In this document: in pieces, positions 1 through 10,639 of the stretch | Position numbering within the stretch: the stretch's first letter is position 1 | How the letters are laid out: every line of letters begins with the position of its first letter | DNA from: an uncultured candidate division WWE3 bacterium | GTDB lineage: Bacteria; Patescibacteriota; WWE3; UBA101185; UBA10185 | NCBI GenBank assembly: GCA_963765125.1 | Contig: CAVXUZ010000004.1 | Coordinates: 192,792 to 256,791, forward strand | Length of the DNA: 64,000 bases | Reading direction: 5' to 3' | Position numbers and translations under genes: made by a program | The notes under the pieces: generated by a model | What the model was told of the DNA's origin: nothing | The model's database searches: none | What the model saw: only the letters and a program-made list of their open reading frames with translations

Positions 1-749
1 TTGTTATTCTGTCTGTTTCTAAAGCCATCAATCATCTGACCAAGTTTAGACGTTTTATTTTCTTTAGGCATATTAAAATCGATTATTTCGTCTTCTGTAA
101 ATTCTGCATCAACAACAAATTTTAATATTAGACACGATTGACTTGGGCCCAGCTCGTTTGAAGAAATTGCGGTACCTAATAATTTATCAGGCGGAAATTT
201 TGAAGCAAAATCTTCTGTGCTTAAAACAACTACGTCGTCTGCTTTTACCACACCGGATGCAACCGAAAAATTACCTTCAGAGGTAGAACTAACTTCTTTT
301 ATCTCACCCTCCCTCATTAAATAACCTTTTCCTTTGCCGTACTTAACAATGTATAAAACGTTTCCCCAAAGCACGGCCGCGAGAATATTAAATTCAAGCA
401 TTGGTGCTGGTTGCACAGGCTGTTCACCCTCTTTAGTAGTCTGGTTTTCTGTTGAGAGACTCGAGACCTTGCTATTAATCGTAACCACAGCCTTTTCAAG
501 TGACTGTATCGGAGACACATTATCAGAGTGGTAGTAGGAATCGAAAAGCACATCATTAATTACATTGGTAAAAAGAGTTAGGTTTAGAGGGTAAGCACAC
601 CTAATGTCAAAAACGGTGTAGACATTTCCTTTTTTTAGAATTAAATCTTTTTCAGGAGGCTCAATTGCGATGCTCGAAGAGAAAATAATTTCGTTTTCTC
701 CTAATGATGGAATAAGTTTTTGAATTTTAGCGTTAAGTTTTTTATTCAT
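1..749 (-). CDS. Conserved CPR-type hypothetical protein, N-terminal part (possible PP2C-like fold); runs off the window edge
   Basis: Manual translation from ATG at 749 (MNKKLNAKIQKL...ILAAVLWGNVLYIVKYGKGKGYLMREG...DDVVVLSTEDF) is open to position 1; absent from the ORF track because it has no stop in the window. Confidence 0.65.
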   Translation of the reverse strand, partial: MNKKLNAKIQKLIPSLGENEIIFSSSIAIEPPEKDLILKKGNVYTVFDIRCAYPLNLTLFTNVINDVLFDSYYHSDNVSPIQSLEKAVVTINSKVSSLSTENQTTKEGEQPVQPAPMLEFNILAAVLWGNVLYIVKYGKGKGYLMREGEIKEVSSTSEGNFSVASGVVKADDVVVLSTEDFASKFPPDKLLGTAISSNELGPSQSCLILKFVVDAEFTEDEIIDFNMPKENKTSKLGQMIDGFRNRQNN

Positions 750-755
750 TTCTAT

Positions 756-983
756 TTAAAAAAGCAGTGTAAACACTACAAACGTTAATAATAACGCAGA
801 CGCGAGAAAATGTCCCCACGCAAAGGCCTTGAGCATACCAGACACCATCGTTCCAAAACCTCTGTTGAGAAGCGCTGTTTGTCTAACGATCAGAAAAGAA
901 AAAACGGTATAGATGATAATTAGAATTCCCAAAAGCGCTTGCACATAAAAACTTAAGTTTTGAATATTATTTATTAACTCCAT
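756..983 (-). CDS. Small two-TM membrane protein (CPR DUF5657-like)
   Basis: 75 aa, two hydrophobic segments, FSFLIVRQ motif; operonic with neighbours. Confidence 0.6.
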   Translation of the reverse strand: MELINNIQNLSFYVQALLGILIIIYTVFSFLIVRQTALLNRGFGTMVSGMLKAFAWGHFLASALLLTFVVFTLLF

Positions 984-1552
984 TAACTATTTAAATCCGA
1001 TTTAACTTTAGAAACCAAATCAGAAAGAAGATCTTGAATTCTTGCAGGCCTCGCTATATCCGTAAATTCTAACTCTCTTTTTTCAGCTGCGGTTTGTACT
1101 GTTACACAGCCATAATTAAAAAGTGTTTGTGCTGTTCCCGTCATTGTAAAAGTAATATCTTCAATATTTCTAAGTGGGGCTTCAGATATATTTCTTGACA
1201 ATAGGTGATCAAAATCCATATCTACAACACGTTTATCGGTAATGATGTGAATATTAAAAAACCAATTTAAAAATCTTTCAAACACGTACCCAAAAGTAAA
1301 AATGTACCAAAACATGTTAACAATAAATACTATCCTTTCGTTAATAATGTTTGGGTAGGACTCTGAGACACCGTTTAGGTATGGGCTAAAAAATACTGGC
1401 ATAACAAAAAGTATTCCGCCAAAAAATAACCAACCCACATTTGTAATTACGGCTTTTCTAAAAATATACAGAATTTTCTCATCGCGGTCCTCGCCTTCAA
1501 AACACACGCCTTTAGGATTGGCAACAAAAGATTTTAGTAGAACGTCAACCAT
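983..1552 (-). CDS. Membrane protein with bacterial PH (bPH_2-like) domain
   Basis: Two TMs followed by IITDKRVVD...IEDIT...FNYGCVTVQTA. Confidence 0.75.
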   Translation of the reverse strand: MVDVLLKSFVANPKGVCFEGEDRDEKILYIFRKAVITNVGWLFFGGILFVMPVFFSPYLNGVSESYPNIINERIVFIVNMFWYIFTFGYVFERFLNWFFNIHIITDKRVVDMDFDHLLSRNISEAPLRNIEDITFTMTGTAQTLFNYGCVTVQTAAEKRELEFTDIARPARIQDLLSDLVSKVKSDLNS

Positions 1553-1595
1553 AGTCTTATTATAGCATTCGAAAAACTTGATACTTCTTTAGGCT

Positions 1596-3419
1596 TTAAT
1601 CTTTTTCAAAATCAAAAAGCCTGCTTTTTATAGAAACATACGAAGGCGATCTTAGATTGAAGACCGTTTTAAAAGTTTGTCCGTCGATTTCAACAGTCCC
1701 ATTATTTGTCGATAATTTAACTTTTGTTGTTTGACCGTTGTTGCCTACATCTACGTCAATGCCTGTTACCCTTTCGTAAGCCTTTCCATATTGATCTGCT
1801 TTCTCTCGCATTCCATCTAGCGAGTATGGGTTACCTCCCCAACAGCTGGTTGTAACTGGAGTTATTCTATCAACCTCGCTGTTAGAACCGTTAGACCAAA
1901 CCACCCACGCATTTATAATGTCGGCCATCTCTTCATCGTTAAGCCAGGGGTGTGCTCGTCCGCAGTTGCTGCTATCGTTATAACTTTTTGTGTACCATGC
2001 TTTTCTAAACCAAGGAGAGCCAGCTTTTTTTTCATAAGCATCGTTTGGCCAGCTACCCTTTGTATCCCAACCAACATTTTCAATGTAGCCACCTGTGGTA
2101 GAAGAGTAATAAGCAACCACATCATTTTTCAAAATCTTACCCTCGGTATCATCAACAGCATCTTTCCATCTTTGTGGTGGGTTATCACTTTTACTTTTTG
2201 AAAACACCTGACAACTTTGAGAAGTACAAATACATTTATCATCTTTTGCGAAACGGTACGCATAAGAACGGCCGGCGATTGCCTGGGCTTTTAATGCTTC
2301 GACGTGCCACGTGCTAGGCATTTCTGCTAAACCATATAAATATTCACTGAAGTCCATATCTCCATAACCTTCAACACAAATCTCATCTGTGTCTACTTCT
2401 TTTGTACCCACTTTATAATAGAACTGCAAAATGTCGTCAGCGTCTTGTCCGCTATCTGCGCGAGCTTTTGCGCCGTATTGGCTCATACCTTTATAGTGTG
2501 TGTACGCGCCGTAACTGAACGATGCGAAGCCCGTATCAAAAGGATTATTGGGTGTAGATGAGGAAGGCGCTTCATAATCACCAACACTACCATTCTCATC
2601 GCCCGCTTTTGCAGCCAAAATAGATTGTTGTTTAGAACTCAGCTCAGAAATTTCTTGTGAAAGATTGCCCAACTCTTTTTCGTAAGTATTTTCAGTACCG
2701 TCTAATTGATTAAGCTCACCCTGCGCGTTAGCTTTTTTATAATCTATGTCGGCTTTGAGTGATAACAACTTGCCCTGTGCGCCCTGAAGTTCATTTTTTA
2801 AACTCTCACCTTCAGCTTTATCTTTTTCAAAATCATCAATCTCAGAAGAAAGTAAATGAATAAGCTCAAGTGCGTTATCAGATAAAGATTTATTTAACAT
2901 GTACGAAAAGGATTCATATTGAAAACCGTTAAGACCAGTACTAAATGGATTGAAAGCAAAAAATATTTCTAAGTCATGAACAATAGAACGTTTTGCGTAA
3001 TTGCGAAGAATTTGATTTCTAAACATAACTTTTTCTGAAAGCTTTCCTTTTCTGTCAGAAAGATTTTCATTAATTTCATCGAGCTCAGATTTAATTTCAT
3101 TGATGTCTTTTTGTAAGTCATCAATTTGTTCTTGAGTAACACTGAGCTCAGAAAGATAACCAGCAATTGTATTTGAAACAGCATCTTTTTTACCTCGTAT
3201 ATCGCTTAACTTTTTGCTAATAGATTCATACTCTTCTTGTTTATCCTCAATCTTATTTCCATAGCAAGCGGCGCGGTCGTCGAGGTCATCAATTTCAGCA
3301 CAGCCGGCAAAAGCTTTCATATGTGAAACAGCGGCTACGGTTAGTATTGTAAGAAGCAACGTGGCTACTAACATAGCAGCACCCTTGGGATTTTTAATAG
3401 GAATTAAAAAGGCGGGCAT
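1596..3419 (-). CDS. SpoIID/LytB-domain peptidoglycan lytic transglycosylase with N-terminal coiled coil
   Basis: Signal/TM, long coiled coil, YLYGLAEMPSTWHVEALKAQAIAGRSYA and CQVF SpoIID motifs. Confidence 0.85.
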   Translation of the reverse strand: MPAFLIPIKNPKGAAMLVATLLLTILTVAAVSHMKAFAGCAEIDDLDDRAACYGNKIEDKQEEYESISKKLSDIRGKKDAVSNTIAGYLSELSVTQEQIDDLQKDINEIKSELDEINENLSDRKGKLSEKVMFRNQILRNYAKRSIVHDLEIFFAFNPFSTGLNGFQYESFSYMLNKSLSDNALELIHLLSSEIDDFEKDKAEGESLKNELQGAQGKLLSLKADIDYKKANAQGELNQLDGTENTYEKELGNLSQEISELSSKQQSILAAKAGDENGSVGDYEAPSSSTPNNPFDTGFASFSYGAYTHYKGMSQYGAKARADSGQDADDILQFYYKVGTKEVDTDEICVEGYGDMDFSEYLYGLAEMPSTWHVEALKAQAIAGRSYAYRFAKDDKCICTSQSCQVFSKSKSDNPPQRWKDAVDDTEGKILKNDVVAYYSSTTGGYIENVGWDTKGSWPNDAYEKKAGSPWFRKAWYTKSYNDSSNCGRAHPWLNDEEMADIINAWVVWSNGSNSEVDRITPVTTSCWGGNPYSLDGMREKADQYGKAYERVTGIDVDVGNNGQTTKVKLSTNNGTVEIDGQTFKTVFNLRSPSYVSIKSRLFDFEKD

Positions 3420-3565
3420 GATATTGAAATTATATGGGTATTCTTCGTTTTGCTCAAGTTGAGAAGTGTGGGGTGGGTGGTTGTTGTTGTGAGTTGGGCA
3501 ATTATTATTGTGAGTTTGGCGTATTTACTTGACTATTAATTGAGGTCAAATGATAATTAGGGGGT

Positions 3566-4081
3566 ATGAAAAAAATTTTACTTTCTGCTGTTTTTTTTGT
3601 GTGTGGCTTTTCATTGTTACACACGGCTTACGCGCAAACAATATGGACTGGTTACGATACCTCGCAACCTTCTCCAGAAACAATAGAACAGCAATACGGT
3701 TCGGATGAGGCGACGGTTAACGTTGGTAGGAGTACAGCAGGTGTGGGTGCAGTAAGAAAAATTAAGGGTGGACCTACATTTATGGAGATTGCATTTAGAA
3801 TATTGGGGTTGCCAGCTGACACCGACCAACTAGTAGAATCAATGCTAGCGGGAACCTACTCAGGTTACGTCGTTGGCAAGTGGTATTCTTGGTTGTTCCC
3901 AATAGCAATTTTGATTGGGGTTTTTGGTGTGGTGTCTGCGGGTTATACGTATATGACGAGCCAAGGTAATCCAGAGAAAGTACAGGACGCAAGCTCAAAA
4001 CTCACCTCCTCAATTCTTGGGATAATTTTTATTGTGTTGTCACTAGTAATTCTTCAGGTTATAATGAAAACGCTATTATGA
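3566..4081 (+). CDS. Pilin-like protein (TrbC/VirB2-like, CPR type)
   Basis: Signal peptide ending AYA; two TMs flanking GYTYMTSQGNPEKVQDA. Confidence 0.75.
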   Translation: MKKILLSAVFFVCGFSLLHTAYAQTIWTGYDTSQPSPETIEQQYGSDEATVNVGRSTAGVGAVRKIKGGPTFMEIAFRILGLPADTDQLVESMLAGTYSGYVVGKWYSWLFPIAILIGVFGVVSAGYTYMTSQGNPEKVQDASSKLTSSILGIIFIVLSLVILQVIMKTLL

Positions 4082-4136
4082 CAACAGAACTTATTTATTT
4101 ACAGTTGTCTTTATAAGGAGGTGTAGGTTATTTAAG

Positions 4137-4466
4137 ATGTTTATTCAAAAAGTATTTGCAGGCGCACCAGTTGAAGTAACACTAATTGATCCTCTAGGGG
4201 GTCGTTTCACGACAGTGTCGAATATCTTTGACTTTATTACTAACATAATCATTGGTATTGGCTGGGGATTGGTTGTAGTGATGCTTGCATTGGGTTTTGT
4301 GCAGTATATAACGTCTAGAGGCGAAAAAACTGCTGTGGACTCAGCACAAAAATGGCTTACATACGCAGTTATCGGTGGTGTTGGCTTGTTTTTCATCAAA
4401 TTTATTAAGGACACTTTACCCACTCTCATCAACCCAGGATCACAGGGTCCGGTGGGCGACTTCTAA
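4137..4466 (+). CDS. Pilin-like protein (TrbC/VirB2-like)
   Basis: KVFA cleavage-like site; GFVQYITSRGEKTAVDSAQKWLTYAVIG. Confidence 0.75.
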   Translation: MFIQKVFAGAPVEVTLIDPLGGRFTTVSNIFDFITNIIIGIGWGLVVVMLALGFVQYITSRGEKTAVDSAQKWLTYAVIGGVGLFFIKFIKDTLPTLINPGSQGPVGDF

Positions 4467-4541
4467 CTTTACGTGCACAGCATGTAACGAATCAAAAAGC
4501 CCTAACATGTTTAGGGCTTTTTTGATAAAATACTAACTATC

Positions 4542-4883
4542 ATGAACGTAATTAATGAAGTAATAGACACGGCAAAGGTTGGAGGAATTTCTGGATTAAG
4601 AGCCAACTTCGAACTTGGTGACATGTCTGCCAGAATTCTTAATATAGTAATAGGTCTTGGATTTGGGTTAAGTATTATTTCGATCGCATACGCAATGATA
4701 CTTTATATAACAAGCGCAGGCGACCCAAATAAAACACAGACTGCTTGGAATGCGTTTCTATGGGGAGTGGTAGCAGGGATGATATCGATTAGCGTATTGG
4801 GCTTAAGGAGAATCATTCTTACAGCTCTTGGTGTTAGCGAAGATGCTGCCAGTGGCATTATCACAGGCAAACCAAATTTTTAG
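4542..4883 (+). CDS. Pilin-like protein (TrbC/VirB2-like)
   Basis: LYITSAGDPNKTQTAWNAFLWGVVAG between two TMs. Confidence 0.75.
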   Translation: MNVINEVIDTAKVGGISGLRANFELGDMSARILNIVIGLGFGLSIISIAYAMILYITSAGDPNKTQTAWNAFLWGVVAGMISISVLGLRRIILTALGVSEDAASGIITGKPNF

Positions 4884-4912
4884 TGATAACGCTGTTGCAA
4901 TAATTGATAAAT

Positions 4913-5348
4913 ATGAAATTTAGAAATCTTACAATAACTAGCACCGTATTTATATTACAGACGTTTTTATTAACGCCGTTTGTTTTTGCGCAGTTGATTG
5001 CACAGGCGACCTGACTACTGGTGGTGCGCCGATATTGAAAAAATTCTTTGCCCACTTTTTAAAGTTGTAAATATCGGAATAATTATGGGGGGCATCATTT
5101 TTGCCATCATGATCGGGATTGGCGCAATTAAACTGGCTGTTTCTTTAGGTGACCCAAAAGGTTTAGAGGGTGCATCAAGAACATGGACGTACGCTTTAGT
5201 AGGGGTTGCTATAGTGTTAGGGGCGGTCACACTTGTGAGTCTTATCGGGCGTGTTTTGGGGCTAAATCTTGGTGATTTATCGAGCCTGTTTGATACGGCG
5301 GCGAGTTCCCTTACAAATTTTGTTGATACTATAACTATATTCAACTAA
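4913..5348 (+). CDS. Pilin-like protein (TrbC/VirB2-like); signal peptide out of frame (apparent indels near 4990-5030)
   Basis: ATG 4913 gives signal MKFRNL...PFVFA; the downstream frame gives SLGDPKGLEGASRTWTYALVG. Confidence 0.65.
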
Positions 5349-5502
5349 ATAAATATTTTTGTTTTAACCATCCCAACCTATCTGTATGTGAATGCTGTGT
5401 GCTTGGCCAAGATTTTGTTAAAAAGCCATAACGGGTTTTTTGCTAGGGTACAGGCAGATATTTTAGACCTTCTTGATAAAATAACGATTATCGAATAATC
5501 AG

Positions 5503-8500
5503 CTAGTTGAAAATATTATTCTCTAACCACTCTAGCCTGTTTGTGTACGAGCATCCTGTGCTTGTCCATCGATCTGTCCAAAAAGTGTCGCAGCCAGGTA
5601 TGTTTGCATCACAATCTCTATGAATTGCAACGTAGTTAGCAATAGTTTCTGCCCAATCTTCGTAAGCAGGTGATTGCGTGCTGCACTGTGTGCCACTGCC
5701 ACCTCTATATGTTTTTAAGGTTGTTTGGCCACAATCATTTTCTTGGGCCTCTGCGAACGATACTTCTATATCAACATTTTTATTTCCTCCCCAGTCATAC
5801 AATTTGCCGTCGAGTTGAAGGTCGTACGCGTGTGCAAGCTCGTGCGTTACCAACCATATAAATTGATTTACACTATTTTCGTTGTTCACGTCGTATAAGT
5901 AGCAATGATTACCACCGAAAGCTATTTCGTTGGCGCTTCTTACTCTACCGCAGTCAGCATACCCAGGGTCCCAATCTACTGATATATCCCCAGCCGCGCA
6001 AAGCTTATTAGTAAAAGACCCAAAATTGTTAACAAGGTAGTTAAGTGCGTATTGTATTACATCTCGCTGTTGAGTAGGCCAACTGCCAGTCATATTAAAA
6101 CAATCCTTACCTTTGCCTCCACCCCTACCTACGTTACAAAGTGAGGCGGGGCCACCAGGCAAGCCGCCGGGAGTTGACGCAACATCACTAATAAATGAGC
6201 TTCTTGTGGAGTCGACTGGTGTTATAGAGGCCATAATAACGCCCATAGTGGCAGTTGTTGGAACCAGCATTAATGTTATAAGCAAGGTAGCAATGGAGGC
6301 TGTTTTAATAACCCAGCTGAAGGTTGTGTCCACAAAATCAGATACGATTGTGAGGTCAGCTTCTTTTATTGCCTTTACTATTTTTTCTCCAGCGGTTAGT
6401 ACTTTGTTTACAACCCACTGAACAGCAAACTCTACTGCACCCCAGACAACAAGAGCTAAACCGCCGGTGAGATCTGTGGCTATGAAGCCTAGTACCTTTA
6501 AAATTGCTTTCGTTAAACCAGCTACAACTTTTTTTGTTAGTCCTCTAAGTACCTTCTTTTTAATTTCGTTTTTCAAATAAGACCCTGGTGCATACGCAAA
6601 CTTTAAAAGTTTACCAAGACGACTCCCGAAAACCCGCTGTTGCAGTAAGTTTAGTTTTGACGACACTTTTTGTAGTAAGCCCGTTTTGCTGGAAAAGATA
6701 GAATTATAATTTTGATCGCCATCGCGTTTTCTGAGCTCTGTAAGTAGATTACCAAGAAGTTGTCGATTTTCTGGTGTATTTTCAATAAGGTTGTTTTCGG
6801 AAAATTTTATTCCAAGTGTTTTTTCTCCATACATTTTTACCCAATTACGAAAACCTTCCGAACGCAGTACTAGATCTTCCCAACCTCGATCAAATCCGTG
6901 TACGTAAGAGTAGTCTTCAAAACCAACAATTACTTCCGCTGCGTTTTTACCGAAGGCGGACTTATTCAAGTTGATAACGTCTATAAGGTTTTCCATCGAC
7001 ATTGGGCGTGTTTTAAGTAGCGTTTTGGAAAAAAGGTCAAGTCCAATCTTGAGGTTTAAATCGCCTACAAAATCAAAAGCAACCTCACCCTTTAGTCCCA
7101 CTACCTTGAGGCGCTGCTTGTTAACAAACAGACTTTTTAATGGGCTTTTATCCATTATGTAGTTAACGGTACGCGACCCTCTGTCATATAATTCTCCTTT
7201 TAGTGCAGACTCTTCTGCGTACTGTGGGTTATAAACAAGACCAAAATAGTGATGTTCTTCTAGATATTGTTTTACATACTGGGCCGGTGTGTAAGACTCT
7301 ATTCTTGCTCTCGCGCGATTCCAAAGGTAGTCAACAACTATCGATGAAGCTCCCCCATCTTTCTCTAGCTTATTGATTAAATCGGTGATGTCCTCGGTGC
7401 GGTAGGTAGACAGCCCCATTGCGGCTAGATTTAATGTGTTCCTTGTACCAATAATTTCTGCATTATTATTAACAGCCTGTACTAACTCTTCATTGTTGAG
7501 TGTCTCGTGAATAAAATTTGTTGAGAGCTTGTCGAGGCCACTTTTAATTGCTCCCTCCGCTTTGAATGTTATTATGTTGTGGCTGATAGCACCCTTCAAG
7601 TTTTTTGCTGTTTCAATCAATTCCTTCTCAGAAAAATTCTTTGGTAATTCAAACATTCTTGTTACGGTACCGTCATCGTTTTTAGTTTCTTTGTATTTAA
7701 TTCCTGCCAACGCGTTATCGAGATCTTTAAAAATTCCGCTAGACCCGTCTCCTTCTTCACCGAGCATCTTATCAAGGTACTGGTTTAGGTCTTTCGTTAT
7801 GCGGTCAAATCTAGCTTCGCTGTTAGCGCCATTTCGCTCTACATAGTTATTTCTTAACTCTTTTAGATTCCATTTGACACCAACAAGGCCAGTCGCGCTA
7901 ACAACATTTTTATTCTCGTCAAGCGTAAGTCCGCCCCTAATTCTTTCTCCAACATTTTTTAAATTTTCAAAGCGTTGATTGATTACGGTGTTACCGTCTT
8001 TATCAGTTTTATCTCGACTAGTGCCTAGAATAAGTTTAGAAAGTTCACCAGAAAGCATTTCAGGACCCATACCAATACCGCCCCACTCAGTGCCGTCTGC
8101 ATACACGTACTTTGCAAAGTCCGTTCTGCCTGTAACACCGTTTGCGAGACGCAGAATTTTAGCTTCATCAATAAAGTTATCAACCGCCTTTATGCTGGCA
8201 GGGTCAAGCTTGTTAGCTATCTTAAGACTTTGAAGTTCGGAGGCAGAGGCAATGGCAGCCTGATTAACAAATTCACGAAATTTTGAATCTCTAGCACCAG
8301 AAGATCTTGCTGATCTGGAAAAATCTTTATACTTTAAAGCCGTGCTCTCGAAGAGATCAACGCTTGTTGTTACAGGAACCTCGTCGCCCTCGGGTGTTTT
8401 ATCAACGTACGCTTTTTTACCACCGATTACCTCAGTACCGTCTTTTTCTTCTTTTGGTCCCACAATTACAGGATCTTTCTTTTCGGTGTATACACCGAGG

Positions 8501-9060
8501 CCCATTAATTTAAATGGGGTTGTTGCTTCGCCCCTTATCGAGGTGTCTTCTAACGTTGGTTCAATAAGATGTTTTACTGTCCGCGAGGGTTCTTCGCCCT
8601 TTAAAAGTTTGTTCCATATTTCTACCTGCTCGTCATGAATGATCATGTCGGTTGGGTTAATAAAGCTTGTAACAGTATCTTTTGCTAGTTTTTCTAGAGT
8701 GCCTTTAGGGTCAGATAGCCAATCAAAGGGGTTTAAATTGAGTTCGAGTTGTACACCAGCCAATTCCTCGCTGTCTCCAAGTTCGAGAGCTCTATCAACA
8801 TTGTAAGTTTTCTGCTGTGGTCCAGCCTTGGCTTGTAATTGTCTAACGACGTCGTCAATAAAAAGATTTTTTATCTTTTTTGGTACATTGGCATTACTAA
8901 GATCTTTTTCTATTGATTTTATGTATTCGTTTAATATTACATCCCCAGAACCAAACTCAGCTGGCTGTACAGGTTTTCCTGGTGACTTCTTTCTTCGTGG
9001 CATGGGTTTACCTGGGTAGTATCCTCCCACCAATTCATAAAAAGGGTTGGCGCTTTGCAT
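5503..9060 (-). CDS. Large membrane-anchored protein with C-terminal zincin-like metallopeptidase domain
   Basis: 1185 aa; hydrophobic segments in the C-terminal third, then VTHELAHAYD (HEXXH) and EDWAETIANY. Confidence 0.7.
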   Translation of the reverse strand: MQSANPFYELVGGYYPGKPMPRRKKSPGKPVQPAEFGSGDVILNEYIKSIEKDLSNANVPKKIKNLFIDDVVRQLQAKAGPQQKTYNVDRALELGDSEELAGVQLELNLNPFDWLSDPKGTLEKLAKDTVTSFINPTDMIIHDEQVEIWNKLLKGEEPSRTVKHLIEPTLEDTSIRGEATTPFKLMGLGVYTEKKDPVIVGPKEEKDGTEVIGGKKAYVDKTPEGDEVPVTTSVDLFESTALKYKDFSRSARSSGARDSKFREFVNQAAIASASELQSLKIANKLDPASIKAVDNFIDEAKILRLANGVTGRTDFAKYVYADGTEWGGIGMGPEMLSGELSKLILGTSRDKTDKDGNTVINQRFENLKNVGERIRGGLTLDENKNVVSATGLVGVKWNLKELRNNYVERNGANSEARFDRITKDLNQYLDKMLGEEGDGSSGIFKDLDNALAGIKYKETKNDDGTVTRMFELPKNFSEKELIETAKNLKGAISHNIITFKAEGAIKSGLDKLSTNFIHETLNNEELVQAVNNNAEIIGTRNTLNLAAMGLSTYRTEDITDLINKLEKDGGASSIVVDYLWNRARARIESYTPAQYVKQYLEEHHYFGLVYNPQYAEESALKGELYDRGSRTVNYIMDKSPLKSLFVNKQRLKVVGLKGEVAFDFVGDLNLKIGLDLFSKTLLKTRPMSMENLIDVINLNKSAFGKNAAEVIVGFEDYSYVHGFDRGWEDLVLRSEGFRNWVKMYGEKTLGIKFSENNLIENTPENRQLLGNLLTELRKRDGDQNYNSIFSSKTGLLQKVSSKLNLLQQRVFGSRLGKLLKFAYAPGSYLKNEIKKKVLRGLTKKVVAGLTKAILKVLGFIATDLTGGLALVVWGAVEFAVQWVVNKVLTAGEKIVKAIKEADLTIVSDFVDTTFSWVIKTASIATLLITLMLVPTTATMGVIMASITPVDSTRSSFISDVASTPGGLPGGPASLCNVGRGGGKGKDCFNMTGSWPTQQRDVIQYALNYLVNNFGSFTNKLCAAGDISVDWDPGYADCGRVRSANEIAFGGNHCYLYDVNNENSVNQFIWLVTHELAHAYDLQLDGKLYDWGGNKNVDIEVSFAEAQENDCGQTTLKTYRGGSGTQCSTQSPAYEDWAETIANYVAIHRDCDANIPGCDTFWTDRWTSTGCSYTNRLEWLENNIFN

Positions 9061-9087
9061 ATTATCATTCTATAATAGAACTGCTAT

Positions 9088-10625
9088 ATGAGAAAGGAAT
9101 CAAAGTTTTCGTTAATATTATTCTTTCGTTAATACTTTCTATTGTTGTAGTTGTTGTAGCTATAGTATTTTCTGGTAGGTCGCTTGCATCACCAAGAAAG
9201 CAGCTAGGTAATACTGAAGTAACGCAGCTTGCTGCAGTGTCAGCGCAGACCACTACTCAGACTACTTCAGGAAGTGCAGGAGGTACGGACAGCGATATAC
9301 CACTATACAATTTTGAAATGCAAAACCAAAATGCTATAAAGGAAAGCTACCCCCTTGTTTCTTACTTAAGAACAACAGTGGGTGTGGGTTCTGCAAATAT
9401 TGTAGGTGTGCCAAGCATGGCAATTACGGGACTGAGCGGTGATGAGCTAGGTGTATGCGCGGCTAACGTTATGTACGAAGAGCTGTCAAAGCTGCCTGGT
9501 GGGTTTAGTATTCTAACAAACTCTGTTTTTACTGAAGAAGTTCTGGCAAATGCAAGAGAGGCTGCTGAAAACATTGGGTGTGCAAATATAGGCGCGGACG
9601 GATTATTTGGTAGAAAGGGTGCTGGTAGTCTGATGGGTGTTTCCAGGCTTGTACTAAACTCTGCTATGTCCGATCCTATGCCAGTGAGACTTGCATACTA
9701 CACACACGATTTAGCCCAGAGAATACCAATTATTAAAAACACTACATACGCGCAAGAATCTAGGGCGTACGACACTTTTTATGGATCCTCTATAGCATTA
9801 AGCATCTGGAAAGTTTCTAGAAATATTGCTTATGCCATGATGGCAATATTTATGTTGATTATTGGAATTATGATAATTATGAGAAAAGAAATAGGTCGTT
9901 CTTACGTTACTGTACAGACTGCTATTCCTAGAGTAGTAATTAGTTTAATTTTAATTACGTTTAGCTATCCGATTGGTGCTGTGCTTGCTTCTATGATACC
10001 CTATCTCATTTTGACTGTGTTATTGCTTTTTTTCTCGGAGATGCTTTCACAGACAGGTAGCGGTTTAATGGACATCGCGGGAGGGTTTCAAGACGTAGCA
10101 GATTTTAGAATCTTATTAATATATGTTCTTACTCTTGTGATTACTTTTGGTGTTGGTGGTATATTTGCCATAGCCGCCGGCTTACTGTTACTGTTACTAA
10201 CCGTCATTGCACTATTGTCCGCTGGGATTAAGATGCTCCTAATTTACCTTAAACTAATTTTGGATATAGTTTTTGCACCAATACAATTTGCCGTCGCAGC
10301 GATACCTGGAAAAGATGACATTATAGCAAACTGGTTTAAGCGAATTGCGGCGAAAGTTGTAACAATTCCAGCTATAGCATTTTTTATTGTTTTAGCCTGG
10401 TTTATAATCAGAATGCCGCTTTCGGACCCAAATTTGTTTGGTGCCCTAGTTTCGGCGCCCGCTGCACCAGGGGTCGCAGGATTTGTAGGGTCTTTTGTAA
10501 GGATTGGTAATGCACTATTTTCTCTACTTATGTTGCCTTTTATGGCAATAATGACACTCTTCTTCTCCTTGCGAGTAGATAAAAAAATAGAAGAATTTAT
10601 TGTCGGCGCACCGAAGAAGAGGTAA
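9088..10625 (+). CDS. Polytopic membrane protein, VirB6/TrbL-like
   Basis: Multiple TMs; WKVSRNIAY, IPRVVISLILITFSYPI, LDIVFAPIQFAVAAIPG; probable true start is ATG 9088 after TATAAT, one base out of frame. Confidence 0.65.
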
Positions 10626-10639
10626 GAAAAATCGGGCGT

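Noticed and set aside
3566-4081. Genetic code 25 (TGA=Gly)
   Set aside because: TGA ends several genes cleanly, including ATGA couplings, and long genes have no internal TGA
8913-9087. N-terminal extension of the VirB6-like ORF overlapping the divergent gene
   Set aside because: Better explained by a start at ATG 9088 after TATAAT with a one-base deletion
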